Source of the DNA: Octopus sinensis
Taxonomy: Eukaryota
Reading direction: 5' to 3'
Length of the DNA stretch: 64,000 nt
Assembly: GCF_006345805.1 (NCBI RefSeq)
Contig: NC_042998.1
Coordinates: 65,100,001-65,164,000 of the forward strand
In this document: piece after piece, positions 38,570-54,520 of the stretch
Numbering within the stretch: position 1 is the stretch's first letter
Layout: each line of letters begins with the position of its first letter
The notes under the pieces: generated by a model
The model's database searches: none
Seen by the model: only the letters and a program-made list of their open reading frames with translations
What the model was told of the DNA's origin: nothing
Program-made: the position numbers and the translations under genes

Positions 38570-40730
38570 AAAAATGAAAATAAAAATAAAACTCAAATAT
38601 GGAGGCTCGAACAGAATCCGAAACCCTAGAGGAGAAACGAAATTTGTAGTGCACACAACGACTGCAAATCTTACCTGCAAAGCAAATGTTGGCATGGTGA
38701 AGACAGTACAAACTGCTGGTTTGCTCATCCGAGATCCCGCCAAAACTGCAGGGGCCTGGAGTAGAAATACTTCAGTGAGGAAAGGCACCAATCGCCTCAA
38801 AAAAAATATGCAAAAGCATTGCGCCTTTCGGATGTTATGTGAAAGGCAGCAGCTGAGCAAGAATCTATTTTGTGCATGGCGCAAAAGATTGTGTAGCACC
38901 TGACCTGGCTACATCAAGCGCAAACAAGGAACCTTGCCCACCACTGTGCAAGACCCCACAATGAACAGACACGAAATGGCCTCCCCTAACGCCTGTAGAG
39001 TCGTTGTGGCAATAATTGTATTAAATTTTGTGGTCATGTTGCATTACAACAAGAGAAGCATTTTTTTTACTGAGAGATCTTGCTGCATGCAATCAAGCCC
39101 TATGCATAGCGCTCGTGGAAACTCATCTGAACCCTGATATATAGGATGCTGATGGACACGTACCAAAATATACCTTATTGCGAACAGACTAAAGAGAAAG
39201 GAGCCATGGTGGTGCTGCCGTATACATATGTTATGAGCTCACACCCCAGGTATTACTGTCATACTCAAATATAATACGTAACGATTTAATTGTATACATA
39301 AGACAGTACAATATAGTCATATGCAACACATATCGCTCACTGGATTCTCCAGACCACAAAGGCAAGATTGCCTCACAAGAAGTAAAGAAATCTTCATGAA
39401 TCTGGAACACAACGTGTGCGTATTTCTTATGAATGATTTAAAGTTCCCCAACGTCAAATGGCTCGGAGTACACATGCTCTGAGGAAAGAATCATTGCAAA
39501 CAAACAGGCGTTGTCCCTGCTCAACCTCACGAATGCCCTATTGGTGGCCCAAATTTTACTCAGATAACCTAGGAAGAATAACATTTTGGATCTCTGTTTC
39601 ACAAACAATATGGACATCGTTCATGATGTAAAAGTAACACCGACATTAGTCTCGCATCACAACGTAATACAGCTATCTGTGGACCAAAAGCAGCTAGTGA
39701 CATACAGCCTAAAGAAACACCCAAAGTCTCTCCAATCTTAACTTCCACAAACCAAAATGGAAATCGATCGAAAAAGAGATCGTCAGACAGGACTAGCCGG
39801 AATGTCTCTCCACAACAGACATTAGCAGGAAACTAGAATATTTCATGTATGTTATGCAAACCATATGTCAGGAATATGTCCCAGAGCACAAGGCCAACAC
39901 AAAGGTGAACAGGATTCTAACGGAGATGAAGGTCCTCATGAGACGATGGACAAAAGCTTGCAAATCATCTCAACCAACATTCCAAAAGTAGAAAAAGCAT
40001 CCGCCTAAAAACAACACTGATGGAGATTTAAAAAAAGTCTGCAAGAATCCTATGTGAGGGAGAGAGCAGCCATAGAAGCCTGGGTTATAAAAAACCATTA
40101 AGTCAAACCCAGAGCCTTCTTTCACTATGCGAAAGTAGCAGATTCAGCACGCTGCAAAATAGGACACCTCTTCCAAAAAGCTGGTCCAACCATTATCAGC
40201 GAGGTACTGAATGACCAGTTTAAATGTATCTTTACCACCCCATTGGAACACAGACAACCTATAACCAGCGAGGCAGTTTCGATGGATTACATCGACATTA
40301 GCGAATAATATATTCTACTAGCCATAGATGAAGTGGACGCAAACTCAACTGCTTGTCCTGGTTTTCCAGCAATCCTCCTCAAATCGTGTAAGCGTGCCCT
40401 GGCAAAACCTCTACAGATTCTCTCCCGGATTCTCATTACATACTCTCTTCTTTGCAAATGGCAGGCTGCCATGCAAACTGGAGGGATATTGTGCTCAATC
40501 TATACAGGAGGAAGCAGAGCAGATGCCAAAAACAATAGTCCTATCTCTCTGACTTCACACATCAGCAATGTCAGAAGGAAACTAATCGCATTCCTTGAAG
40601 AAAGTAACTTGCTGAATGATACCCACCTCTTACAGCACCATGACTGAGTTTTGAGGCAGTTACTCAACAACTCAAATGTGGACGCACTGTGCCTTGCTTT
40701 TCCAAAAGCTTTTGATAAAATGGATCATAT
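38570..40730 (+). mobile_element. Decayed CR1-group LINE (putative ORF1, APE and RT N-terminus)
   Basis: HGGAAVYI, PRKNNILDLCFTNN, FPAILLKSCKRALAKPL, SPISLTSHI, VDALCLAFPKAFDKMDH; many stops and frameshifts. Confidence 0.8.
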
Positions 40731-40749
40731 ATAAAGTGTGTATATATAT

Positions 40750-40782
<33 letters not shown>

Positions 40783-41699
40783 TATTTATATGTATTATAA
40801 TAGTGATATTTAAAAATGGACATTAACCACTTTATTTCTAATCTAAATCTCTATACACTAAAGCAAGTTAAACAGGGAAGTTTTTTCGTTTGATATATAT
40901 TTTGTACAATCATATTATTGATTCATTTGTTAGAACAATAGAGTATTATCTGCCGCTGCGCTTGTAACGAATATGATGTATTTGGGATGGACTTAGCCTC
41001 TTAATAAATAACAAGCAAGCATTCAAACGAAAGATTATTAAGTTAACCACACTTACATCAAACTACGCATCATATAAAACTGTTTGAAATTAACCTTTTA
41101 TATTTCGTATTACAAAATGGACTGAATTAGATTGATTATTTTGTCGGAGGTGATGAAATATCTCAGGGCTCTGTGCTAAAGTAAACAGTTGTTATATACT
41201 GTCGCTTTCATCTATTTATGGATGTATATGCTAGGACTTCCAAAATATCGGAGAGCGTTGAATACGTTGCCTTCCTTAGTATATAATCTGATGTTACACA
41301 TTCAAAATATTTGGTACCACTCTTTATATACTTTCCGTACGTTATTCTAAATGTATTCTACAAAGTGAAAATAGAACAACATAAGCGGAGGTTATCGTAG
41401 CTTACCATCGGGAGGTGAATATCCTAATCACTAAGTCACGTGACTTCAGACACACACACAAACACACACACACATACGCACACACACACGTATGTACATG
41501 AGGAAGTCCTGTTAATGATAAATGAAGAATTATACCTCTTCAAAATTCATTTATTAAAGCATTCTCTTCATGTTCCATTTCGTAAAGCGTTTTGCCCTAG
41601 TATCGCTTGATATGGCACCTGTGTGTATTTAGATAACTTACGTTAAATCAGTCACGAACACATTCATCTACTGGTTGACCAACGTGTTTTTCCATACAG

Positions 41700-41738
41700 A
41701 TGTTTGAAGAAAATTAATGATTCACGTGCTAGATGTGG
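41700..41738 (+). CDS. Candidate small exon (phase 2-2)
   Basis: tgtttttccatacAG acceptor, GG|GTATGT donor, frame CLKKINDSRARC. Confidence 0.35.
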
Positions 41739-42517
41739 GTATGTTGGTGCATACTTTTGCTATGTCTTGTATTCATGGTAAAAGCACTTAAACTTGGAAC
41801 GATCATTTCAGATATTAAGGGAATAGATTACTTTATTACATTTTGCAGTAGAAAAAGCCTTAAGTGGGTCAGGATGCATTGGCGCCACTAACCACTGATA
41901 CTAAGGTTAATATAAGATGAATAGAAAAATGAAATATGTTAAAATAAATGGATACGTACACATTACCATATAATTAAATGTATGGATAAGGAATATTATT
42001 TTTGAGTAGAGAACACATTTCCGATTGCCATTTGTGTATGATGCAGTACTATCAACAATTTTGCTTTTAATATCATGTTTGTTGTCGTATCACTTAAAGT
42101 TCAAACAGACCAACTCAAAATTGAGTACTTCATGTTTTGTATTTTTGGAAAAAGAATGATGATTACATTACACATTATTTTTTAGAATTTGTAGAAAATG
42201 AATCTATCTAATAATTAGATACACCATCAGCTGTCACTGCCAAGCACTCAGAAGGCATTTGTTGGTCTGGGGCTAGAGGAGATTATATTCGCCCAAAGAA
42301 CCGGGCACACGGAGGGAACCTGAAATTGCGTCGTTACAAATTAATATTCTTAGCGACAGATCCTTCTGCGCGTGTTTAAGAACGTCACGATCTTCACTTC
42401 ATATTTGTATGTGAACTGCATTTAATTATTTTTTCTTTAAAACTTCCTACCCGTAATAGATATTTATTTACTTGAACGACATAAAACAATATATCTGAGT
42501 GGGCTTTGGTTTTACAG

Positions 42518-42707
42518 ATGTAACACTTTTTTGCACTTAATCACTACTGGCCTGTGCTTTACAGAAACTATACGCCATCTCGCCATCAATATCGTAGACA
42601 AAAAATGATAATATCTTTATGAAATTCATCAAAATTGTATTGAAACGGTCGCGTTCAATGAATATGTATTCTAAAGCTAATAAAATGGGATTAGAGAAGG
42701 CAAACGT
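42518..42707 (+). CDS. Candidate exon (phase 2 start; donor uncertain)
   Basis: ggttttacAG acceptor followed by about 69 stop-free codons CNTFLHLITTGLCFTETIRHLAINIVDKNDNIFMKFIKIVLKRSRSMN...; phase-compatible with 41700-41738. Confidence 0.3.
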
Positions 42708-43954
42708 CGTATTTATATTTTACTATAATTGGATTGAGGATCAACATTTAGTTTCGTTCATAAGTAGTTAGTTACCTTGAAATCATTTCTAGTTGCATAA
42801 TATATTAAACACAAAAAAGTTATTGGCTGGTTCCTTAGCACACCGTCAACATGATTTGTAGCATTTCTTCAGGGTTTGCATTTTCAGTTCAAGTTAACTA
42901 TTCGCAATTTGGGGGGCGATAATATAATGAACTAGTAAAATGAGATCTATATAATCCACATTTTCCTTCCTTTAATATTGTTGTCCTTGTTCCAATATTT
43001 GAAAGAAGCATTTATTAAAGACTTGAATATAATAATATTTGTGAATTAATTGTGAAAAGTATGCAGAACGCTATATCTATATATTTCAAAGCAATAAATT
43101 ACCTGCATAGGTTGAATCTAATTAAAGTGGTCGGAACAGTAATTTAATATGTACAATCGTAGATGTCGGCAATAATGTAATATACGAATGGTGATAGACT
43201 TATGATAATGTCAGTTCAAAGAAGCAGTACACGAGTAGGTCTGCAGTGTTATATGCAGAATCTAGCATCTAGTGCAATTACCGTCAGAATGAGAAAGAAG
43301 AGAAAGAAGTTGTTTTAAGTTTATTCTAAGATGGGAAGTAATGAAAGGAGAGAAGCCAAGTGATGCAGATAAGATGGGACGTGGGCAATGAGGGATGATG
43401 TATCAATAAACTACAATGGCGCAACACGATGTACATTGAATGAAAGAAGGTGAAAATAGTAGACGGATATCATAGCTAAATCAAAATATTCCACTGTACC
43501 AAAGAGAGTTACTGTTGTATTACTAGGAAAAAAGATTAATTGGAATTGCGTGTTTTAGAGAGGAAGTGAAACGGAAGGCAAGAAGAGGGTGTCAACAATT
43601 TCGAAACTGAAGTATAAAACTGATGAACGAAAGCCGTGTGTGATTCAACTCCAGTTTCAAATAATAAATATATTGGATGAAAGAAGGAGAAATAGTAAAC
43701 GAAGTTTGTAGTACCACGATTTGAAAAACTATTGGTTACAAAATATCTGTTCATATATTTTGCTTTATGCTGATCACTGATATTTTCACAATCAGTTGGT
43801 GTAGGTGGTTTATTTTATATATTGTCTAAAGTAGATAAGTAGATAGGTAACTATATTAGCAGAACCAAGTGAAATCTAAAAAGAAAATGTTTTCTAACAT
43901 GGATTTATACATTACGTAAACATGATATATATAAAATCATTAATTGCAATATGT

Positions 43955-44935
43955 ACTGAGATTCATTCTTCTCGTCAGAAGAACATTCTCATACATAGAA
44001 ATTAACAGAAAAAATCATACCTTGGGGTTTAAAGTGTCTTCCGACCGGCAAGATTGTCATATCAAAGATTATCTACACAATACAAATTCTGCCGAGAAGA
44101 ATAGATTTAGTTTTGGTTTCTAACTTCGAAATTGCAATAGAGAACTAATCTTCAATTTTTATTTAAATTTTGAATTTTTATGACATGTCACTCGCTGTCA
44201 ACTTTTTACTGTTGAGGTGAGAAACTATGAGTGTTTTTAATGGATTTATAGCGTTTTCACTGCCGTTTCCAGAAATATAAGTGCTGTTATAAGCTTCTCC
44301 GTTATAATTGTCATTTATACACAATTATACAATCTTCCTTTATAAAACATATTTTCTGATTGCAAGTTCTGGACATTGATATATTCGTAAATATTTAATT
44401 ACTTACGATATATCCTGCGTAATATCTTCTCATATTCATTCTTGTTTTATCATTTATTTTTTTACTCATATCCAGATTTTCGCCGCGTCTCGTTTAACTG
44501 GTCTCTTCTTATAAACGCTGAATTCAGAATTTGATTTGTGTAGATAGATGTTACCACATTATTCTTGCCGGTCTGGACACATGTTAAGCCCCAAGGTGTG
44601 TTTTTGTTTTAATTTCTATGTACAGGAATATTCTTCTGACGAAAAGAATGGATTTGTGTTTCCTAATTTCGAACTTGCAATAGAGGACTAATATTTTATC
44701 CATTCTTAAACGTTGAATTTTCATGTCAAGTCACATTCCGACAGGAGATATAATATGAGTGTTTATAATGGCTTTAGGGTAGTTTTGACTGCTATTTCTT
44801 GTCATGTAAGGGTGTTTTAAAACCTCACCGTTATAGTTGTTATCTATTCACAATGTTCTGGACACTGATATATTCATAAATAATTTTCAATTCCTTACGA
44901 TATATCCTGCGTAATGTACTTTCACATCGTCAGTG
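43955..44935. repeat. Old tandem/inverted hammerhead-bearing repeat (two + units 547 nt apart, one inverted 5' piece)
   Basis: 44089-44144 ctgccga-gaag...cttc-GAAA-ttgcaa-TA-gagaa; 44631-44687 ttctt-CTGACGA...tttc-GAAC-ttgcaa-TA-gagga; 43960-44095 resembles the reverse complement of 44525-44655. Confidence 0.7.
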
Positions 44936-44995
44936 ACACACACACACACCACACACACACATATATATATATTTATGTATGTGTATATATACATG

Positions 44996-45049
<54 letters not shown>

Positions 45050-45426
45050 ATATATATATATATACATATGTATACAAAGATATTTGTATATATGTGTATA
45101 TGTATGACGTTAGACATTAAAAAGTAGGTATAAGTTTAAAAATAAAAGCAAACAGAAAGTTATAGAATATAATGGAGGTGAAGGATTAATGTAACTGGTG
45201 AAGAGATTTAGTATAGTTCTTACTGCGCTACATGGTAAAATCCAAGGGAAAATGGAAGAGGAAATGTGTATATTTGTAGCAGGCACAAAGCATGCATCTA
45301 GCGTTGCTCCATATATTATATATTTATATTATATATATATATATATATATTATATATAGGTATGTATGGATATGTTTCTTTCTTCTATCTGTTCTTATTG
45401 TTTTGTACATTCTTATTCCTTCTTGG

Positions 45427-45524
<98 letters not shown>

Positions 45525-45538
45525 TATATTATATATAT

Positions 45539-45569
<31 letters not shown>

Positions 45570-45588
45570 GTGTATACATATATATATG

Positions 45589-45639
<51 letters not shown>

Positions 45640-45844
45640 ATATATGTGTGTACATATATATATATATATGTATGTGTATAGACATATAGAGAGAGACATA
45701 GACAAAGAATAATAGTGAGATAGATAGTTAATTCATATAAATGAGTACATATATACATACATGCATACACACATATACATGTATATATATATATACATAC
45801 ATACATATAAATATATATATATATATATATCATATCATATATAT

Positions 45845-46243
45845 GGAAGTACTTTTCCTCTTCTTAGCACTCTGTCGGTTACGACGATGAGGGTTCCGGT
45901 TGATCCGATCAACGGAACAGCCTGCTCCTGAAATTAACGTGTAAGTGGTTGAGCACTCCACAGACACATGTACCCTTAACGTAGTTCTCGGGGATATTCA
46001 GCGTGACACAGAGAGTGACAAGGCCGGCCCTTTGAAATACAGGTACAACAGAAACAGGAAGTAAGAGTGAGAGAAATTTGTGGTGAAAGAGTACAACAGG
46101 GATCACCACCATCCCTGCCGGAGCCTCGTGGAGCTTTATGTGTTTTCGCTCAATTAACACTCACAACGCCCGGTCTGGGAATCGAAACTGCGATCCTACG
46201 ACCGCGAGTCCGCTGCCCTGACCACTGGGCCATTGCGCCTCCA
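45845..46243 (-). mobile_element. tRNA-derived SINE family A, near full length
   Basis: Head GTGGAGGCGCAATGGCCCAGTGGTCAGGGCAGCGGACTCGCGG...TTTCGATTCCC; body matches 1-218. Confidence 0.9.
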
Positions 46244-46436
<193 letters not shown>

Positions 46437-46492
46437 GTATATATATATGTATATATATTGGCTAAACTGGCAATATGACCATTCCGAAATAT

Positions 46493-46544
<52 letters not shown>

Positions 46545-46880
46545 AGGGCTTAGTAAAATAAATTACTTTGCCACATACTGAACTCATTAGAAATAGCAGC
46601 TAAAGAAATTTCTTCAGCTATTTCTAATACTTAAAGAATTCAAGGAATTCTGAGCTGAAGAAAGAAATGTCGAATTGACTAATCTAGAAACGTACGTTCT
46701 CAAATAACCTTTGCACTTGATTTTTTAATGTTTTTTCCCCCATACTTTTGTGAGTTAGTTTAGGCAAACACTATCTGAGAGAGATCTTCTTTAAGTATTA
46801 GAAATAGCTGAAGAAATTTCTTTAGCTGCTATTTCTAATGAGTTCAGTATGTGGCAAAGTAATTTATTTTACTAAGCCCT
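46545..46880 (+). mobile_element. MITE-like fold-back element, 94-bp inverted termini, hammerhead motif in the core, TA-flanked
   Basis: 46545-46638 is the reverse complement of 46787-46880; left end abuts a long (TA)n tract. Confidence 0.9.
46651..46702 (+). ncRNA. Type I hammerhead motif
   Basis: tgag-CTGAAGA-a-aga...gtc-gaatt-gac...tct-a-GAAAC-gtac-GTT-ctca; 10-bp palindrome AACGTACGTT as helix III; helix II imperfect. Confidence 0.65.
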
Positions 46881-46984
46881 TATATATAATGTAATATTTT
46901 GAATTCGCCTATAATGGTCCCTTTACATACTGAACACTTGGTGAAACTGATTAATAATTAATTAATTTTACCCTCAATTGTTGA

Positions 46985-47011
<27 letters not shown>

Positions 47012-47018
<7 letters not shown>

Positions 47019-47425
47019 AAAAAAAGACAATGTAGAACGTACTAAAACAATTTTATTATCATGAAGTACATTTTAGTACCAGTTTCCGTCATTTAAAACA
47101 TTTTTAACTAAGAGTAAAATAAGAGAAACAATTAAATTAGAAAAAAGAAATTAAGAGAAAACTATTGTAGTTATTATCATAGTCTCTGAATTAGTAAATA
47201 TTTAGAAATAACGCGTTAGTCTACCTGAAAACTACGGAAATATCTACTTAATCAATGACTATAAACATATCTAAAGACTATTTGACTTAATTGTGTTTCT
47301 CCAATTTAATTGCTTTTCATATTTTTCCCTTAGTTGGTGAAGTCTACGGTGATGGAAACCGGTACTAAAATGTTTTTCATGATAACATTTTTTAGAATTT
47401 TCTACCTTGTGTTATTCTCCTTATA
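47012..47425 (+). mobile_element. Older fold-back element with ~80-bp diverged inverted termini and a decayed hammerhead
   Basis: Termini TATAAGG / CCTTATA; 47330-47370 ttag-TTGGTGA-a-gtc...gat-g-GAAAC-cg-GTA-ctaaaa; 3' half mirrored at about 47070-47091. Confidence 0.7.
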
Positions 47426-48135
47426 CATATCAACTCGTAGATTACGTTCTTTCATATATATATGCGCGCGCGCTTGTGTGTGCGCGCGTGTGAGTGTGTC
47501 TCCATACACCTACATAGATACATATATACATATACATGCACAGTTATGCGTAATTTGCTGAATTTAAATTGGAAAGGAGTTTGCAGTGCTAAGCGGATTG
47601 TAAGTTATATCATACACATTTCTGAAATTCATGACGTTATAATTTATGTAAACGATTTTCTAATCCACAAAATTTTAGTATTCCATACTGAACAGACTGT
47701 TTCAATTGCTCTCCAGATTTAACACTTTGATTATTTCTATCATGCTGTCAAAAATGATCGATTGGTGCTTCACAGTGTATCGTAAGATAATCAAAAGTCA
47801 GGATGACTTCTTATTTAATACCATTATATGGTATTAAATAATCAGGAGAAAGTCATGACACACACGCACGCACACACACAGACACAGACACACACACATA
47901 CATACATGCATACACGGGGAATGGTATATTTGATGTTATAAGAAGTATTACGCTTGATATTGTTAATAAATATACTAATAATGATATTACTATGTATAGT
48001 CCGATAACAACCGCAACAAGACCAAGAAGAAGAACAACAACAACAACAATAATAATAATAATAAGTATTATTATTGTTATTATTATTATAATGATAATGA
48101 TGATGATGATGGTAGTAATAATAATAATAATGATG

Positions 48136-50590
<2,455 letters not shown>

Positions 50591-50599
50591 TTAATATTG

Positions 50600-52870
50600 T
50601 GTGAAAGATGTTAACTGCTTTTTTAATTTCTCGAATAATGTCTGATATTCGTTTGTCCAGTTCCATTTCGAGTCCTTCTTTAGCAACTTATTCAACGGAG
50701 CTCTTAACTTATGCATTTTAGGTATGTACAACTAGTAATAACTTATAAAACCTAAAAATACTTGTAGTGTTGTTTTGTTAGTGGGAGAAGGCATCTTTTT
50801 TTACCGTGTCGATCCGAGAAGGGTCCGGTTTTCATCCGTTTTCATCGATCAACTTTCCTAAGTACTTTATTTTTATTAAAAAAAATTCACATTTATCCTC
50901 CCTTACTTTGAACCCGTAATCACATATTCGTTTGTAAACCTCCTCTATATGTTCAATATGTTGGTCCCTTGATTCACTGTTGATCAATATGTCATCCAAG
51001 TATGGGACCGCGAACTCACAATCTGCTATCATAATATCCATCACGTTCTGAAATATTGCTGATTCGACCTTTACCACTAATGGCAGTCTTTTGAAATTGT
51101 ACAGACTTTTATGAGTATCGATTATTAATACTTTAGCATACTCTTCATCTACCAGTAATTGGAGGTAGGCCTTTGACAAATCCAGCTTTGAAAAAATTTT
51201 CCCACCATTGCACTTGGCAAATATTTCTTCTGAATTTGGAAGTGGATAATTGTAATTTTTTAAACAATCATTAAGACCAGTTGAGAAGTCCGCACATACG
51301 CTTACCTCGTTGTTCTTCTTTTTTATATATACCCCACTCAGAGTGGGGTATATATAGTAGTATATATAGTAGTCAGAGTAGTCTACTTTTTCTATTACTT
51401 CCATGTCTTCCAATCTTTTTAATTCCTCCTCTACTTGATTTAACGCCGCAAAAAGTACATTCATTTTCGGTTTGAGCACCGGCACCGCATTTTCTTTCAA
51501 CTCAAACTTTAATTTTTCTTACGTATACCGAGGTCTTTCGAAAAAATATCAGGGTACATCTTTTTCAATTTTAATTTCATTTTATCCCGATGCTTTCTCT
51601 GACACGGACTGTGACGCATTCACCTTGTTACATAATGTATTCGGTGATTTATCCCACTGGTCGAATCCTTCCAGTAAATCTGTTCCGAACACATTCGTTG
51701 AATTCTTATATACCATTAGTGTACACTTCCGCGTCCTGTTTTTAAGTTTTATTTCTTGTGAAATTTCGCCCAAGAATTAAACACGTTTCCCTGACACATC
51801 GTGGGCTATTCTAGTACTTTTCTTTCTTTTTTTTTATACAACGGCTTGCGTATCTTACTCCATGTTACCGTATTTATTTTCAATACATCTAAACCGGTAT
51901 TAAATTGCATTTTGGTCTCAAACCCATTTTATTTCTACCAACACAAATTTTCGTTTTTGTCTGGTATAATTTACTTTTGTTGAGTATACTTTTTTTCTGC
52001 TTTACCATTTTCTTTGACCGGCATTTCGTCTGTATATGTCCAATTGTACTAAAATAAAAACAGGTTTTATCTGTAAAGGGGCAATCTTTCCTCAAATGTC
52101 GATCTCCGCAACCATAGCACCGTTTTGAATTTAAATTTTTCCTTCTTTCTGTACTTTCTTTACACAGTTGCACATGATTATTCTTGTCTTCTATCTTTCT
52201 TGTATCATCTCTTGGCATTCTTCAGACACTTTCTGCAAAGTGAGTTTCACACCTTGATTCAACATTGATAATATTCCTTTTCTAATTTCCGCGTCATCCG
52301 TTGCCACTAGCCCTTTAATGAATATTAGGCACTTGAACATATCTGGCGTTATTCATCCAGCTTAAACCAGCAAAATAAAGTTGCAAAAACTTTCGTGTTT
52401 CGGAGTAGCAAGTTTTCGCAAAAGGAAACTTAACTTCCTTTCACTTAACCACCCCTTGCATTACTCTCAGATTATGTCTTCGTATCGTCTGTAATATACA
52501 GCAAAGGTAGTTTCTTCATCCGGATTGTCGTGAAATTCTTCGATAGAATTTGCAACACCATCTGCTGAAAATTTGTCTATCGTATTTCTCGACTGCAGTA
52601 ACAATTCTGTTAATTACCGTAGTTACTGCTGCTGCTGCAGCTCTTGTTGTTTTACACCTCTTTCAGTAACTCCATTTCGGTACTATTCGAAACTTCATGA
52701 CCACTGTTATATCATAATTCTACACAGTGGCTGTGAGCTACGAAATCCTTGTCGCCACTGTTATATCGCACGTTCGGATGACCTCTACATAACTCTGACG
52801 TCTAGACTTCTCCTTCTATATCTACGTATTGAGCTTGCTTACTTCATTGTCTGAGGGCCTCCACACAACA
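50600..52870 (-). mobile_element. Ty3/Gypsy (Mag-like) LTR retrotransposon remnant: 5' LTR, PBS, gag, protease region, RT
   Basis: RT ORF 50832-51500 (CADFSTGLN, YPLP, FSKLDLSKAYLQ, YLDDIL, KYLG); tandem zinc knuckles CYGCGDRHLRKDC and a decayed second; RT thumb to about 50600; no RNase H or integrase seen. Confidence 0.92.
52746..52870 (-). promoter_or_regulatory. Putative 5' LTR (52759-52870, TGTTG...TAACA) and primer-binding site (52746-52757)
   Basis: Minus strand ...TATAACA-G-TGGCGACAAGGA; resembles the complement of a tRNA-Ser 3' end (CCUCGUCGCCA) with one mismatch. Confidence 0.65.
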
Positions 52871-52879
52871 CTGATCAAT

Positions 52880-53505
52880 TTGGTAGGTATCTAAGAGATT
52901 AGTAACGGATTCTTTTCTCTCTTTCAGAATAGAGTGAAGTTTTTTCGATCTTTCATGTTTTTCAACAAGTCGGTTGCTTCAAGGTATTTGGCCAGTCCGA
53001 TTGTGGTGGTTTTGTACGTACGTTCAAGCTTGATCAAGCCTCGACCTCCATGAACTTTGAGAAGGTAAAGACGATCCACGTCTGCCTTTGAATGGTGCAT
53101 CTCATTACAAGACAGTAGCTGGCGGATTTTTCTGTCAATTTGCATTATTTCACTGGTATTCCAATGAAGCACATTGCAGCTATAAAGAACTGGGACTGCG
53201 AATGAATGTATAGCTAACACCTTATTATATGCATTCAGTTCAGAGTTCAGGACTTCTCGAACTCTTCTATAACATTCCTTCCTAACCTGCTGTTTCATGC
53301 TTGCATACTGGATACCAGAGACTTCATTTATTCCTAGGTATTTATAGGTTTATTTCTACTCAAGTTCCTTTATTACTGTTTCGACATCTAATTTGATTGA
53401 ACTTGACTTTACAAATTTCCATTTCTTAAAAGTGGTTTTGACACACTTTTCATGACCAAACTTCATCTCGATATCATCACTGATAACTTTCACAGTATGT
53501 AGTAG
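52880..53505 (-). mobile_element. R4/Dong-like RT fragment
   Basis: DIEMKFGHEKC, YKYLGI, ORF 52924-53298 ELNAYNKVLAIHSFAVPVL...IDRKIRQLL...HHSKADVDRLYL...GGRGLI; its 5' side abuts (TTA)n at 53510-53720. Confidence 0.88.
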
Positions 53506-53511
53506 TCCTAG

Positions 53512-53682
<171 letters not shown>

Positions 53683-54159
53683 CATTATTATTATTATTAC
53701 TGTTGTATTTGCCTTTATTATTATCATCGTCGTTCTCACCGTTTTGATCGACCATATGATATGGCTGAAGCTATTCGATTCTAACTCGCTTTGCAATGAT
53801 GTCATCCCAAGCTCATTTCATTTGATCATTCAAACGTTGAGAGTCTGTGCTGGGATGCTTGTACAATACAAATGACACTTTTCTCTATGTCGATAATGAT
53901 TCTTTCAATTCCAGTATCATTCAAATTTGTAAATAACAGTTTCTGTGCTGTGCTAAGTGCCAATTAATACATGAACAATTTTTGTCTCCCTTTTCTAACG
54001 TCAATTCAACTCTTCAGTACATGTTCATTTTTATAAATTTTAAAATTTCCCCTGATATGCTTTTTCTGTTGCATAAGATTACATGTGATCACCTCCATTA
54101 AATAACCTGACCAGTCTATGAAAATATAGCATAAAAATCATACTTTTTCATCAGAGGTG

Positions 54160-54520
54160 ATGGCGTAGGAGTGGCTGTATGGTAAGTAGCTTACTTACGA
54201 ACCACATGGTTCCGGGTTCAGTCCCACGGCGACGCACCTTGGGCCAGTGCCTTCTACTACAGCCTCGGGTAGATCGAGGCCTTGTGAGTGGATTTGGTAG
54301 ACGGAAACTGAAAGAATCCCATTGTACATATCTATGTGTCTATGTTGGACAACCGATGTTGGTGTGTTTACGTCCTCTTAACTTAGCAATTCGGCAAAAG
54401 AGACCAATAGAATAAGTACTAGGCTTACAAAGAATAAGTGCTGGGATCGATTTGCTCGACATGCGGTGTTCCAGTATGGCCACAGTAACATGACTGAAAC
54501 AAGTAAAAGAGTAAAGAGTA
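54160..54520 (+). mobile_element. SINE family B, full length
   Basis: GGCGTAGGAGTGGCTGTATGGTAAG...GGTTCAGTCCC head, body, tail GGTGTTCCAGTATGGCCACAGT...GACTGAAACAAGTAAAAG. Confidence 0.9.

Noticed and set aside
41433-41446. Palindromic E-box/CLEAR-like site AAGTCACGTGACTT
   Set aside because: A single short motif with no promoter context is expected by chance in 64 kb.
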